Shown: positions 1 through 11,613, counted from the stretch's first letter. The stretch is DNA of 49,688 nucleotides from an uncultured Rhodospirillaceae bacterium (GCA_913044215.1 CAJWOT010000002.1:1-49688), one strand, 5' to 3'. Notes: generated by a model not told the origin, from the sequence alone. Numbers and translations: made by a program.

Positions 1-847
1 CGACGCCGAGCCACGTCGTCGCATCGGGAAAATCGTTGAACAGGATGAATCCATAGGCCGTCGCCGCAACGATTTCGAGATACTGGAACGGCGCCAGAAT
101 AGCTGCTTCGGCGCGGCGAAAGGCATGCACCACCATCTGGTGGCCGACCGTGGCGACGATGCCGACCAGCGCCAGCAGGCTCCAATCCTGCAATGAAGGC
201 CAGACCGGTGTGAGCACTTCGATATCGAGCGCCCAGCCGAAAGCAAGGCCCGCCGACATCACCAGAAAGCCGTAAAACCCGGCATAGAACTGCATCGTCG
301 TCGGGTCCTCGCGCGGTGCAATCCGGCGTGTCAGGATCAGGTAGAGCGCAAAGCAGAACGCCGCCCCTAGGGGCAGCAGCGCATGCGGGCCGAAGACTTC
401 GTAGCTCGGCCGGATGATGATCAGCGCACCGGCGAAACCAACCGCGACAGCGCTGATCCGGCGCCAACCGATGGACTCCCGCAGCAACACCGCCGACAGC
501 AAGGTCAGGATCAGCGGCTCGACGAAGAATATGGAGATCGCCTCTGCCAGGGGCAGCACCCGGACCGCGGCGAAGAACATCAAGGTCGTCAGGGCCAGCA
601 GCGCGCCACGCGCCGCATGCGTCAATTGCAGTCCGCGTTGCGCGGTGCGGCGCTTCTGCATCGCGGCAGGGGCCAACAGCGAGGTCTGAAAAGCGAAACG
701 GCTCCAGGCGATCAATCCGGCGGGAACCGTGGCGGCCAGCACTTTGGCCAGCGCATCGATCGCCGGCAGCAGCAGCATGGCGGCAACCATGATCATCATG
801 GCGCGTTCGACATTGCGCGCGGCGATGCGATCTTCGCCGATACTCAT
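1..847 (-). CDS. DMT/EamA-family transporter (about 282 N-terminal codons; the 3' end lies beyond the window start)
   Basis: It is absent from the ORF track because it is open to the window edge. Reverse-complement reading from the ATG at 845-847 gives MSIGEDRIAARNVERAMMIMVAAMLLLPAIDALAKVLAATVPAGLIAWSRFAFQ..., followed by repeated hydrophobic spans typical of EamA. The + strand ORFs 383-901 and 414-689 are Arg/Gln-rich antisense artefacts. Confidence 0.7.
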   Translation of the reverse strand, partial: MSIGEDRIAARNVERAMMIMVAAMLLLPAIDALAKVLAATVPAGLIAWSRFAFQTSLLAPAAMQKRRTAQRGLQLTHAARGALLALTTLMFFAAVRVLPLAEAISIFFVEPLILTLLSAVLLRESIGWRRISAVAVGFAGALIIIRPSYEVFGPHALLPLGAAFCFALYLILTRRIAPREDPTTMQFYAGFYGFLVMSAGLAFGWALDIEVLTPVWPSLQDWSLLALVGIVATVGHQMVVHAFRRAEAAILAPFQYLEIVAATAYGFILFNDFPDATTWLGV

Positions 848-862
848 TGGCCTGTCCTGGTT

Positions 863-1609
863 CTAAGCGATGAGCGACCGGGCAATGATGTAGAGCCCTA
901 GGATCAGAATGGAAGAGAAGAAAACCTTGCGAAACTTGTCCTCCGACAAACGCTGCCGCAGCTTCTGGCCGAGGACCATACCGATGATCGCCGGCACGAC
1001 CGAGATGATGGAAATCGTGCCAAGCTCTGCCGACAGCAGGTTCTGCCCCCCGAGCGAGACCGCCAGGGCGACCGTCGAAACCGTGAACAGCATGCCCATG
1101 GCCTGGATCAGTTGATCGCGCGGCAGGCCGATCGCCTGGAGATACAGCACGCCGGGCACGACAAACGACCCCGTCATCCCGGTCAACACGCCGTTAATCG
1201 TACCTGTCAGGGGGCCGGCCCAGCTCTCCCAACGGCTTGGCAGTGAGACGGCCGGGCGCGTCAGGCTCAACGCGGAATAGGTCACGAGCAACAAGCCCAG
1301 CAGGGCGGAGAGCCAGGATACGTCGACCGCAACCAAAACTAGGCCGCCTACCCAGACCGTCACCGTCGCCATCAGCAGAAAGAACCAAGTCCGCTTCAGG
1401 ATCGTGAGGGAATTCCCGCCGACCACGCCTTGCCACAGATTGGTGACGAAAGACGGCACCAGCAACAAGGCCATCGCCGGCTGCAAGCCCACGGTCGCCG
1501 TGAGGATCGCCAGCGAAACCGTCGGCAGGCCGAGACCGATCACCCCCTTTACACCGCCAGCGAGCAGGAAAGTGGCAGCGACCAAAAGCAGGATGGGGAG
1601 TTCGGTCAT
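863..1609 (-). CDS. TauE/SafE (DUF81) family sulfite/anion exporter-like membrane protein
   Basis: MTELPILLLVAATFLLAGGVKGVIGLGLP... has the Gly-rich TM1 typical of TauE/SafE and multiple TM spans. I chose the internal ATG at 1607-1609; the upstream part of the 279-aa ORF has no membrane character. Confidence 0.75.
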   Translation of the reverse strand: MTELPILLLVAATFLLAGGVKGVIGLGLPTVSLAILTATVGLQPAMALLLVPSFVTNLWQGVVGGNSLTILKRTWFFLLMATVTVWVGGLVLVAVDVSWLSALLGLLLVTYSALSLTRPAVSLPSRWESWAGPLTGTINGVLTGMTGSFVVPGVLYLQAIGLPRDQLIQAMGMLFTVSTVALAVSLGGQNLLSAELGTISIISVVPAIIGMVLGQKLRQRLSEDKFRKVFFSSILILGLYIIARSLIA

Positions 1610-1660
1610 GCTAGAGTGAGGCCCGGAATCATAAGACACGATAGGGAACGACGCGCCAAG

Positions 1661-2095
1661 ATGACTGTGACCGTAAGGAAAGCGACACCGGACGACAAAC
1701 AAAAATGCCTGTCCTTTCTCGCCGCATTGCGCGGCGAGGAGCAGCAGCCAGGCTGGGCTGAAACCTACGACATGCTGATGGCCGGCGACCGGGGATCGGT
1801 GCTGGTCGCCGATGATGACGAGCTGGGTGTGCTCGGTTCAGCCTCGATCTCCTATAACATCGCCATGCGGTATAGCGGCGAGTACTGCCAGCTCGAGGAG
1901 CTCTTCGTCGACCCGGCCGCACGAGGCAAGAATGCCGGCGGGTTGCTCATCGAGGGTATCATCGCCGCGGCGCGCGAACGCGGCTGCGCCGAGATCGGGC
2001 TCTACCTGCTTGAATGGACGGCGCACAATCAGCCCTTCTACGAGAAATACGGCTTCGAAGTGGTCGGCGCGGAAATGCGGCAGCGGCTGGACTAG
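1661..2095 (+). CDS. GNAT family N-acetyltransferase
   Basis: The ATG at 1661 starts MTVTVRKATPDD.... The acetyl-CoA binding-type segment is LEELFVDPAARGKNAGGLLIEGIIAAARERGC, and the C-terminus carries FYEKYGFE. Confidence 0.8.
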   Translation: MTVTVRKATPDDKQKCLSFLAALRGEEQQPGWAETYDMLMAGDRGSVLVADDDELGVLGSASISYNIAMRYSGEYCQLEELFVDPAARGKNAGGLLIEGIIAAARERGCAEIGLYLLEWTAHNQPFYEKYGFEVVGAEMRQRLD

Positions 2096-2102
2096 ATCCG
2101 GT

Positions 2103-2555
2103 CTAACGCCGATCCTCGAAGAAGGTTTTCAACAACGTGGCGGCCCGGCTCTCCTCGATACCGCCGATCGCTTCAGGCGCGTGATGGCAGGTCGGCTGCT
2201 GAAAGAATCGCGCGCCATGTTCGACCCCCCCGCCCTTGGGATCATAGGCGCCGAAATAGAGCCGGCGGATCCGCGCGAAGGATATGGCCGCGGCGCACAT
2301 CGCGCAGGGTTCCAATGTGACATAGAGATCCGCGTTCGTCATACGCGGCGCGCCTGCCATCGACGCTGCCTGCCGGATCACCAGCATTTCCGCATGCGCT
2401 GTCGGATCGTTATCCGCTTCCGTCCTGTTGCCGGCGCGGGCGAGGATTTCACCGCTGTCACCGTCGACGAGAACCGCTCCCACCGGCACCTCACCGCGCG
2501 CGGCAGCCATCTCCGCTTCTTGCAGGGCGACCGTCATGGGGGAGTCTTCATTCAT
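2103..2555 (-). CDS. tadA: tRNA adenosine(34) deaminase
   Basis: CMP/dCMP deaminase zinc motifs are present: HAEMLVIRQA and LEPCAMCAAAI. The size is about 150 aa from the ATG at 2553-2555 (MNEDSPMTVALQEA...). Confidence 0.85.
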   Translation of the reverse strand: MNEDSPMTVALQEAEMAAARGEVPVGAVLVDGDSGEILARAGNRTEADNDPTAHAEMLVIRQAASMAGAPRMTNADLYVTLEPCAMCAAAISFARIRRLYFGAYDPKGGGVEHGARFFQQPTCHHAPEAIGGIEESRAATLLKTFFEDRR

Positions 2556-2637
2556 ACGCCGCACCCTGCCGTCGTCATCACAACCGGTCAAGGCGACCAT
2601 TGCCACATCAGACAAAACCGGGTACTCGTCTCGCCCC

Positions 2638-3391
<754 letters not shown>

Positions 3392-3411
<20 letters not shown>

Positions 3412-3952
3412 ACACCGCGGCCGGCCGCTCGCCGCACCGCCCGGGCCGGACATCCGTCCCACTTCCGACCGCGCCCGCGAAGGAGTGTACAACATCCTAG
3501 AACATGGCCGAATCGCCATCGACCTGAATGATGCGCACGTTCTCGACGCCTTCGCAGGCACCGGTGCGCTGGGTCTGGAAGCGCTCAGCCGCGGTGCGCG
3601 CCACGTGACCTTTATCGAGAACGCCCGCGGCGCACGGCGCGCACTCACCGAGAATATCGCGGCTTGCGATGAAGAGGATCAGGCCACGGTCGTTCAAGCG
3701 GACGCAACCAATCCGCCGCCGGCCAGCCGCCCCGTCGATCTCGCCTTCCTCGATCCGCCCTACAAGACCGGGCTGGTCGCACCCGCCCTGATCGCCCTCG
3801 ACCGGCGGGGCTGGTTTCACGATGACACGTTGATCGTCGCGGAAATGAGTTCGGGAGAGGACTTCGCTTCACCGGAATTCCTGGAAGAAATCGACCGCCG
3901 CAAATACGGCGCAGCGCAGATGTTATTCCTCTGCCGCCGAGGGAGCGCGTAA
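3392..3952 (+). CDS. rsmD: 16S rRNA (guanine966-N2)-methyltransferase
   Basis: (M)RIVAGKHRGRPLAAPPGPDIRPTSDRAREGVYNIL, the SAM motif DAFAGTGALGLEALSRGA and the DPPY motif are all present. An in-frame TTG at 3392 gives the canonical RsmD N-terminus and overlaps the upstream stop (3409-3411). The ATG at 3287 would overlap 125 nt. Confidence 0.8.
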
Positions 3953-5068
3953 GAGCGGCAGCGCGGCCAGCGCCACGGGAACCAGCAGGATCGCACCGAT
4001 GAAATAGGGCCAATGCAGACCAATGCCAGCGAACACGGCACCGGCCCAGGCGGGGCCGGCGATACGGGCTGCGCTGGCGAAGGATTGTGCGATCCCCATG
4101 ACCCCGCCTTTCAATTCAGCCGGTGCGACCTGCGACATCAGGCTCTGGGTTGCCGGGCCGATCACGCTGAAACCGAAGACGATAAGCCCCATCGGTCCTA
4201 ACACAAGCCAAGGCGTCACCGCAGCTGGCAGGAGTGCAAGGCCAAGCCCCAGGGTCAAAATTCCCAGCAACACGGTGCGCGCCTCGCCCAACCGTTTGAC
4301 GATGGGACCGATCATGCCGCCCTGCACCAGAGCCGCCACGATACCGATGAAAACGAAATACGGCGTCACCTCACGCGGTCCGAATTCGAACAGATCGCGG
4401 CACCACAACGCGAAAGTCCCTTCGAGACCCGTGAAAGCGAGGAAAATCGCGAAATAGATTGCGAACAGACGGAACAGGCTGGGGGTCCGAAAAACCGCAA
4501 AATTGAAACGAACGCCGCTACGGGTCTCATGCTTTTCCGGTTCCTTGATCAGGAGGAACGCCAGCAGCAAGCCCGTTGCCGTGCAACCCGCGGCAACATA
4601 CGCCGGCAACACAAGATCGCCGCCCCCGCCCAGCACCATGTAGGTGATACCCGGGCCAATGACGAAGGCGATGCCGAAAGTCGCCCCCAACATACCCAGC
4701 CCCTTCGCGCGGTTTTCCGGTGTGGTGATATCGGCGATATAGGCCTGCGACGCGGTCAGCCATCCAGCCGTGGCCCCCGCGAAACAGCGGCTTGCAAATA
4801 CATCAAAGAGTGTATCCGCGTTGGCTAGCCAGATGTAGGACAGACAGGTTCCCGCGACACTGACGAGCAGAACAGGCTTACGGCCAATACGGTCTGACAG
4901 ACGTCCCCACCAGGGTGCCGTCAACAGGCTCGCGCCCGAAAATATCGAGAAAATTAATACGGCAATTTCCGGTCCTGCGCCGAACTTGGTCACGTAGAAC
5001 GGCAATACCGGCAGGATGATGCCCAGCGCGATCAGATTGACGCAGGTGGCGATAAGCAGGGGAACCAT
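3923..5068 (-). CDS. MFS transporter (drug/H+ antiporter-like, TCR/Tet-like)
   Basis: MVPLLIATCVNLIALGIILPVLPFYV... has MFS motif A (GRLSDRIGRKPVL) and about 12 hydrophobic spans. The start is the ATG at 5066-5068. Its 3' end overlaps the rsmD 3' end by 30 nt in convergent orientation. Confidence 0.8.
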   Translation of the reverse strand: MVPLLIATCVNLIALGIILPVLPFYVTKFGAGPEIAVLIFSIFSGASLLTAPWWGRLSDRIGRKPVLLVSVAGTCLSYIWLANADTLFDVFASRCFAGATAGWLTASQAYIADITTPENRAKGLGMLGATFGIAFVIGPGITYMVLGGGGDLVLPAYVAAGCTATGLLLAFLLIKEPEKHETRSGVRFNFAVFRTPSLFRLFAIYFAIFLAFTGLEGTFALWCRDLFEFGPREVTPYFVFIGIVAALVQGGMIGPIVKRLGEARTVLLGILTLGLGLALLPAAVTPWLVLGPMGLIVFGFSVIGPATQSLMSQVAPAELKGGVMGIAQSFASAARIAGPAWAGAVFAGIGLHWPYFIGAILLVPVALAALPLLRAPSAAEE

Positions 5069-5100
5069 GCGGGACAAGGGTGTCTTCTTTTTCTTGCGGG

Positions 5101-6903
5101 CTATCGGCGGCCGAAAAGCCGCTCGATATCGGCGAGTTTCAATTCGACATAGGTGGGCCGGCCATGATTGCACTGACCCGAATGCGGCGTTGCTTCCATC
5201 TCACGGAGCAGTGCATTCATCTCCTCCGCGTTGAGACGCCGGCCGGCGCGTACCGACCCGTGGCAGGCCATCGTACCGCAGACTTCTTCCAGCTTCTCTT
5301 TAAGACTGTAGGCATCGCCGAACGCGGCGAGCTCGTCGGCCAAATCCCGAACCAACCCCTTGGCATCGATCTGGCCCAACAACGCAGGAACTTCGCGAAC
5401 CAGCACGGCGTCCTCACCAAACGCTTCCAGAACCAAGCCCAGCTCCGCCAATTCCTCAGCCCGCGCGGTAATCCGCGCCGTTTCGGCTTCACCCAGCTCC
5501 ACGACTTCCGGAATGAGCAGCGCCTGCCGGGAAACCCCCGTCTCGCTCAGGGACCGCTTCATACTCTCATAGACCAGCCGCTCATGCGCCGCATGCTGAT
5601 CGACGATGACGATGCCGTCATCCGTTTGCGAGACGATATAGGTCTCATGCACCTGCGCCCGCGCCGCGCCGAGCGGAAATTCCTCGACGCCCTGCGGGAC
5701 CGGCGCCACATCGGACATGGCCGACGGCGCGATGGGTGCATCGAGCGGTGCCTGGAACGCGACCGCGGCCTCCGACAGACCGCGAGAGGGTGTCACCGGG
5801 CGGTACTGGTACCCGCCGCCGTAGCCACCGCGCGCCGAGAGCGGCTGCTGGACCGGCCGAACCGCGCCCAGTGCCGCGGCGCTGACGGTGGTCGACGCCC
5901 GATGACCTGCCTCGGCCAACGCATGTTTCAAAGCGCCGATGATGAGGCCGCGTACGGTACCAGCATCGCGGAACCGCACTTCCGCCTTGGCCGGATGCAC
6001 ATTGATATCGACGAGCCGCGGATCGACCTCCAGGAACAATGCCACCATCGGGTGCCGGTTACGGGCGAGGAAGTCCATATAGGCAGCGCGCACCGCGCCG
6101 AACAGCAGCTTGTCCCGCACCGGCCGGTCGTTGACGAACAGGAATTGCTGCATCGCGTTGGCGCGGTTCAGGGTCGGCACGCCGGCATAGCCATCAAGAC
6201 GTACCCCGTCGCGTTCCGCCTCGATGCGCAGCGCGTTTTCAGCGAATTCCCGACCCATGATCGCGCCAAGCCGGTCGAGCCGGCTGTCCAGAAAATCGCC
6301 GTTCGCCGGGCTGACCCGCAGCCGTTCGCGCGCGCCATCATGCACGGAGTAAGCGACATCCGGACGCGCCATGGCCAGCCGTTTGACCACGTCCAGGATT
6401 TGGCTGGTCTCGGCCCGATCGCTCTTGAGAAATTTAAGGCGGGCCGGCGTCGCGTAGAACAGGTCGCGGATCTCAACCCGCGTGCCCGGCGGATGGGCGG
6501 CGGGTGCCGGCTCGCCGACCCGGCCGCCTTCCACCTGGGTCGCCCAGGCACTTTCCGCGTCCGGCGGCCGGCTGGTGATTGTCATGCGGCTGACCGCGCC
6601 GAGCGACGGCAGGGCCTCGCCGCGGAACCCCATCGTGTGAATATCGAACAGATCGTCACCGGTGAGTTTCGATGTCGCGTGCCGCTCGATGGCGACGGAC
6701 ATGTCGTCCGCTGTCATCCCTGACCCATCATCGGTCACCGCGATCAGCGATTTACCGCCATCGCGCAAGGCGACTTCAATGTGGGAAGCGCCAGCATCAA
6801 GGCTGTTCTCGACCAGCTCCTTGACCGCGGACGCGGGCCGCTCGACCACCTCGCCGGCGGCAATCCGGTTGATAACGGTCTCGGGCAGTCGCCGGATCGT
6901 CAT
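5101..6903 (-). CDS. mutL: DNA mismatch repair endonuclease MutL
   Basis: The GHKL ATPase N-terminus is [39 protein letters not shown]. The C-terminal part carries DQHAAHERL and CNHGRPT motifs. The ATG at 6901-6903 overlaps the pgi stop (ATGA). Confidence 0.95.
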   Translation of the reverse strand: MTIRRLPETVINRIAAGEVVERPASAVKELVENSLDAGASHIEVALRDGGKSLIAVTDDGSGMTADDMSVAIERHATSKLTGDDLFDIHTMGFRGEALPSLGAVSRMTITSRPPDAESAWATQVEGGRVGEPAPAAHPPGTRVEIRDLFYATPARLKFLKSDRAETSQILDVVKRLAMARPDVAYSVHDGARERLRVSPANGDFLDSRLDRLGAIMGREFAENALRIEAERDGVRLDGYAGVPTLNRANAMQQFLFVNDRPVRDKLLFGAVRAAYMDFLARNRHPMVALFLEVDPRLVDINVHPAKAEVRFRDAGTVRGLIIGALKHALAEAGHRASTTVSAAALGAVRPVQQPLSARGGYGGGYQYRPVTPSRGLSEAAVAFQAPLDAPIAPSAMSDVAPVPQGVEEFPLGAARAQVHETYIVSQTDDGIVIVDQHAAHERLVYESMKRSLSETGVSRQALLIPEVVELGEAETARITARAEELAELGLVLEAFGEDAVLVREVPALLGQIDAKGLVRDLADELAAFGDAYSLKEKLEEVCGTMACHGSVRAGRRLNAEEMNALLREMEATPHSGQCNHGRPTYVELKLADIERLFGRR

Positions 6904-8201
6904 CGCGCTCTGCCTTTCATCTCGTCCAGATAACGCCGCACGCGTTGCTTGCCATCCTCGACGGCAGGCTGATCGAAGGGATCGATTTCCAGAAGATGGG
7001 CGGCGACAATCGTTTCCAGCATGAAATGCATCATAAGCGCACCCAAACTCCGCGCGTCTACGGCATCCACCGAAATGGTCCGAACAGGCCGGCCTGCCGC
7101 CGCCAAGCTGTCCATCGTTCCCCGCTGGCATGCGTCCAGCAGGTCGCCCATACTCCGCCCGGTCAAATAGTCGAGCGCCGGGTCGGCAGCGATCCCGGTA
7201 TCCAACGGCGCGCCGCCGACATCCGTCATGACTATCGTAAACAGTTTGTCGTTCGGCCCATCGAGGTAGAGCTGCAATTGGCTGTGCTGATCAACGGTAC
7301 CGGTCGCGTTGATCGGGGTTGTGCCCTTGCCACCCTTGCCCAGACTTTCCGCCCATAGCTGCTGAAACCATTGGGCCAGCGGTGCGAGCCGGTCGGAATA
7401 GGGCATCAGAACGGTCGCGCTCACGCCGCACAGCTCCGCCAGTGCGACGTTAATCGCGGCGCCCACGGCCGGCGGACAGTCGTCCGGGGAATCGGCGGAC
7501 ATTGTCTGATCGAGCACCGACACAGCGCCCTCGCGGACCGCCGCGGCGTCGATCCCCGCGATCAAGGCCGGCAGCATCCCGACCAGCGACAACACCGAAT
7601 AGCGTCCGCCGATGCCCGGGTCGTGATCCAGCATTGAAACGTCATGCCGCCCCGCGAGCCGGCGCAGCGGATTATCCGCATCCTCGGCGATCGCCACGAC
7701 ATGCGCCGAGACCGTTTCGCCCGCCCCCTGCAGCCAGGCGAAACAGGTCAGCGCCTGCGACAGGGTTTCCGCCGTGCCGCCGGATTTTGAAATCACCAGA
7801 AATCCCGTCCGCGCCGGTGTCAGCGCACCGAACAGCGCATCGAAACTGTGCGGGTCGACATTGTCCATGAAATGCAGCCGCGGGGTTCCCGGTAGCGGTC
7901 CCCAACCGGCATCGGCCAGGGCATAAAGGCTACGCCCGCCTAGGTTCGACCCACCGGTCCCGAGGACCACAACATCGTCGAACTGCGCACGAAACCTTTT
8001 CGCAATCGGCGCTAGCGCCTCAAGATCGGCGCGCGCATCGGGCAGGGACAGCAGAGGTAACCCGTCCGACTGCCGCCAGGCGCGTAACTGCTCGAGCGCT
8101 GGTGCGGCCCGCGCGAGCACCGCCGCATAAGCCACACGATCCAAGCCCGTCGGCCCGATCGCGTCCGCGAAACAATTGTCGATGGATTGCCGGTAGATCA
8201 T
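6900..8201 (-). CDS. pgi: Glucose-6-phosphate isomerase (short form)
   Basis: PGI signatures [11 protein letters not shown] and [13 protein letters not shown] are present, plus [12 protein letters not shown]. The start is the ATG at 8199-8201 (MIYRQSIDN...). Confidence 0.85.
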   Translation of the reverse strand: MIYRQSIDNCFADAIGPTGLDRVAYAAVLARAAPALEQLRAWRQSDGLPLLSLPDARADLEALAPIAKRFRAQFDDVVVLGTGGSNLGGRSLYALADAGWGPLPGTPRLHFMDNVDPHSFDALFGALTPARTGFLVISKSGGTAETLSQALTCFAWLQGAGETVSAHVVAIAEDADNPLRRLAGRHDVSMLDHDPGIGGRYSVLSLVGMLPALIAGIDAAAVREGAVSVLDQTMSADSPDDCPPAVGAAINVALAELCGVSATVLMPYSDRLAPLAQWFQQLWAESLGKGGKGTTPINATGTVDQHSQLQLYLDGPNDKLFTIVMTDVGGAPLDTGIAADPALDYLTGRSMGDLLDACQRGTMDSLAAAGRPVRTISVDAVDARSLGALMMHFMLETIVAAHLLEIDPFDQPAVEDGKQRVRRYLDEMKGRAR

Positions 8202-8265
8202 CTGGTCGCCATTTTCATCCACGATTCGCGGGGATGCAACGGGCGAAAACCGCAGGGACCGAAGC

Positions 8266-11200
8266 CTACCAGGTGTCGATCCAGGGCCTTTTCTTGCCTT
8301 CGCGCTTGGGCGGCGGCGGCGCCGACCGCAGACCCGCCATGATCCAATCGCGCGTATCGGCCGGATCGATGACATTATCCAATTCGAACAGGCTGGCGGC
8401 GTTGATCGCCTTGCCCTGTGCGTACATACCCGCAACCAGCTCCTCATAGCGGGCCATGCGTTCGTCGGGATCCTCGATCGCCATGAGCTCATCGCGAAAA
8501 CCCAGCTTTATGGCGCCTTCCAAGCCCATCCCGCCGAACTCGCCGGTCGGCCAGGAGATCGTGAAGAAAGGCGAATGGAACCCGCCGCCTGCCATGGCCT
8601 GCGCGCCAAGCCCATACCCTTTGCGCAGAACGATGGTGAAGGTCGGTACCGTGACGTTGGCGCCAATGACATTGAGGCGGCAACAATGGCGCACCAGCGC
8701 GGTCTTCTCCGCTTCCGGTCCGACCATATTGCCGGGCGTATCGCACAAAAACACCATTGGGATGTCATAGGCATCGCAGAGTTGCATGAAGCGCGCCGCC
8801 TTGTCCGACCCGTCCGAATCGATCGCGCCGGCCAGATGCACCGGATTGTTGGCAATGATGCCGACCGGACGTCCTTCGATACGAATCAGCGCCGTCACCA
8901 TGCCAAGACCGAATTCCTTGCGCAATTCCAGCACCGACCCTGTGTCGGCCATGGTCTCGATCACGGTCCGCACATCGTAGATGCGCAGCCGATCCTCCGG
9001 GATCGTGCGGCGCAGCAGCCGTTGATCCGGACAGTCCCAATCGTCTATCGCGCCCTGGAAGTAACTGAGATACTGTTTGGCGACGACGACCGCTTCTTCC
9101 TCGTCTTCGACAACCACGTCGATGACACCATTCGGTGACTGCACCGAAACCGGGCCGACCTCTTCCGGACGGAAGACGCCGAGACCACCGCCCTCGATCA
9201 TTGCCGGACCGCCCATGCCGATAGTCGAGTTCTGTGTCGCGATCACCACATCGCAGCAGCCCAGGATTACCGCATTACCGGCAAAGCAGCGCCCCGAGGT
9301 GATACCGACGATGGGGGCGAGGCCGCTCAGCTTGGCAAAAAGATTGAAGGCCGGCGTATGCAGATTGGCGGAAAAGGGAATGTCCGTATCGCCCGGCCGG
9401 CCGCCACCGCCTTCGGCGAAGAAAACGACCGGCAGGCGCCACTTTTCCGCAATTTCGAACATGCGGTCCTTTTTCTTGTGGTTCATCTTGCCCTGAGTGC
9501 CGGCCAGCACCGTGTAGTCGTAGGACAGGATCATGCAGCGCGCGGCTTCGTCGTCGAAGCGGTCGCCATTCACCCGTCCGACGCCGGCAATCATGCCGTC
9601 GGCCGGCGTCCGTTTGGTCAGTTCCTCGATCGAGTGCTTCTTGCGCCGTGCCGCCAAAACGAGCGAGCCGTACTCGGCGAAGGAACCGGGATCGCAGATA
9701 TCCTCGACATTTTCCCGTGCGGTCCTCTGCTTGGTCTTGCGCCGCCTTGCGACCGCGTCCGGCCGCTGCGCGTCCTGCGTCAGGGCCTGCCGTTCATTGA
9801 CTTCCGCCAGATCGGGGCGAATCGCGTCGAGATCGATCTCCTCTGCGGTCTCGGCATCACCGGTTTCTACCGCCGCCTCTTCAACGAAGGCGAGCGGCTG
9901 TCCCTCCAGCACCGTATCGCCTTCATGCGCTGCCAAACGGCGCACATATCCGCTGACTTCCGACGCGACCACATGCTGCATCTTCATCGCTTCCAGAATC
10001 AGTATCTGCTGGCCCTTCTGGACAGCCGCCCCTTCTTCGACCGAGAAACTGACGATGGTTCCCAACATGGGTGCCGGAATGGGCACCGTCCCGTCTGGCG
10101 CAACCGCCTCCTCCGCCGCTTCGGCCGGGTCCGTGGACGAACGGCCATGATGCAAAATGGCGAGCGGGTCGGAGGCGTCGATCTTAGCGCCCACCGTCTG
10201 TGTCTCCACCTCGAAATAGCGTTTGGGATAGGCGGTACCGTTCACCAAAGAGGGCATTTCCGCGTCCAGAAAGGTCGTATCGACCGCGCCTGCGGCGAAA
10301 GACTCATGCACCAGGATCGCCTGCAGGAAGCCCGCATTGGTCGACACGCCCTCGATCTTGAACTCCGACAGCGCGCGCTGCGTCTTCTGCACCGCGGCGG
10401 CGAAAGACGGGTTGCCCGAATGCACGATCAGTTTTGCGAGCAGGGAATCGAAGCTCGGACTCGTCTGGTATCCGGCATAGCCAAAACTGTCGACCCTAAT
10501 CCCAGGACCGGAAGGGATATCGAAGGCCGCGAGCCGTCCGCCGCTCGGCCGGACGCTGCCATCTTCACCCATCGTTTCCATATTGACGCGCACCTGGATC
10601 GCATAGCCACGCGGCTTGGCGGATAGGCCGCTTTCCAAACCAAGCGATTGCAAAGAGTCCCCGCGGGCAAGGTCGAACTGCAGTTGCACCAGATCCTGAC
10701 CAGTGACCGCTTCCGTCACCGTGTGCTCGACCTGAAGGCGGGCATTGGCCTCGATGAAATAAAAGGCATCGTCGGCGACCAGAAACTCGATTGTCCCGAC
10801 ATTGCGGTATTGCGCCGCGCCCGCCAGTTTGACCGCAGCGTCGGTCAATTGCTCTCGCACCGCGTCAGCCAGGTTCGGCGCCGGCGCAATCTCGATAATC
10901 TTCTGATGCCGCCGCTGGACGCTGCAATCGCGCTCCCCGAAATGGCAAACGGCACCGCTGCCATCCCCGGCTATTTGCACCTCAATATGCCGCGCTCCGG
11001 GCAAATACTGCTCGAGATAGACATCGCCGTTGCCAAAGGCCGCCTGGGCCTCGGTCTGGCAAATTTCGTAGGACGCCGCCAATTCTTCGATTGCCGTTAC
11101 CGGACGCATGCCTCGACCGCCACCACCGGCCGCGGCCTTGATCATCACCGCACCCCCGTCACCGAGCGCCGCCATAAAGGCCTCGGCATCGGCCAGCGAA

Positions 11201-11613
11201 GTGGGGCTCTCGGTTCCAGTGAGAACCGGGACGCCAGTTTCCTGAGCGAGCGAGCGCGCCGCGCCCTTGTCACCGAAAAGGTCGAGAGTTTCCGGCGCCG
11301 GTCCGATAAAGGTCAGGCTTGCTGCCGCGCAATCGCGGGCGAAACCGGCATTCTCCGAGAGGAACCCATAGCCGGGATGCACCGCATCGCAGCCGGCCTG
11401 CTGCGCCGCGGCGACTATTGCCGCGCTATCGAGATAAGCGGGGACGCCCCTGCCCTGCAGCGGCACCGCATCATCGGCCATCTTCGTGTGAAGCGAGGAT
11501 TTGTCGTCCTCGGAATAGACTGCAACAGCGGTGAGACCCGCGTCGGCAGCGCCGCGGATGACACGAATGGCAATCTCGCCGCGATTGGCGACCAGCACGC
11601 GTTCAAAACTCAT
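8266..11613 (-). CDS. Single-chain biotin-dependent acyl-CoA carboxylase (biotin carboxylase - BCCP - carboxyltransferase fusion)
   Basis: The N-terminus MSFERVLVANRGEIAIRVIRGA... is an ATP-grasp biotin carboxylase. The biotinylation motif is LEAMKMQH, with the Lys codon at 9982-9984. The C-terminal roughly 500 aa is a carboxyltransferase (crotonase-like repeats, MGGPAMIEGGGLG). Confidence 0.9.
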   Translation of the reverse strand: MSFERVLVANRGEIAIRVIRGAADAGLTAVAVYSEDDKSSLHTKMADDAVPLQGRGVPAYLDSAAIVAAAQQAGCDAVHPGYGFLSENAGFARDCAAASLTFIGPAPETLDLFGDKGAARSLAQETGVPVLTGTESPTSLADAEAFMAALGDGGAVMIKAAAGGGGRGMRPVTAIEELAASYEICQTEAQAAFGNGDVYLEQYLPGARHIEVQIAGDGSGAVCHFGERDCSVQRRHQKIIEIAPAPNLADAVREQLTDAAVKLAGAAQYRNVGTIEFLVADDAFYFIEANARLQVEHTVTEAVTGQDLVQLQFDLARGDSLQSLGLESGLSAKPRGYAIQVRVNMETMGEDGSVRPSGGRLAAFDIPSGPGIRVDSFGYAGYQTSPSFDSLLAKLIVHSGNPSFAAAVQKTQRALSEFKIEGVSTNAGFLQAILVHESFAAGAVDTTFLDAEMPSLVNGTAYPKRYFEVETQTVGAKIDASDPLAILHHGRSSTDPAEAAEEAVAPDGTVPIPAPMLGTIVSFSVEEGAAVQKGQQILILEAMKMQHVVASEVSGYVRRLAAHEGDTVLEGQPLAFVEEAAVETGDAETAEEIDLDAIRPDLAEVNERQALTQDAQRPDAVARRRKTKQRTARENVEDICDPGSFAEYGSLVLAARRKKHSIEELTKRTPADGMIAGVGRVNGDRFDDEAARCMILSYDYTVLAGTQGKMNHKKKDRMFEIAEKWRLPVVFFAEGGGGRPGDTDIPFSANLHTPAFNLFAKLSGLAPIVGITSGRCFAGNAVILGCCDVVIATQNSTIGMGGPAMIEGGGLGVFRPEEVGPVSVQSPNGVIDVVVEDEEEAVVVAKQYLSYFQGAIDDWDCPDQRLLRRTIPEDRLRIYDVRTVIETMADTGSVLELRKEFGLGMVTALIRIEGRPVGIIANNPVHLAGAIDSDGSDKAARFMQLCDAYDIPMVFLCDTPGNMVGPEAEKTALVRHCCRLNVIGANVTVPTFTIVLRKGYGLGAQAMAGGGFHSPFFTISWPTGEFGGMGLEGAIKLGFRDELMAIEDPDERMARYEELVAGMYAQGKAINAASLFELDNVIDPADTRDWIMAGLRSAPPPPKREGKKRPWIDTW

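Noticed and set aside
383-901. + strand ORFs 383-901 and 414-689 at the window start.
   Set aside because: They are antisense to a clear EamA/DMT transporter read from the - strand. They are low-complexity and Arg/Gln-rich.
5080-6723. A 547-aa + strand ORF, together with many other long ORFs antisense to or out of frame with recognised genes. They are 1812-3008, 2608-3648, 9358-10626, 10648-11616, 16863-17861, 18643-19716, 20632-21873, 23170-24081, 26588-27910, 28559-29272, 33365-34249, 35278-36006, 37775-38566, 39125-39994, 43682-44464, 44137-45012, 45048-46184, 46398-47564 and 48537-49223.
   Set aside because: All overlap ORFs with unambiguous family motifs on the other strand or frame. 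Their products are Arg/Gly/Pro/His-rich with no recognisable domain. Long stop-free alternative frames are expected in DNA of this GC content.
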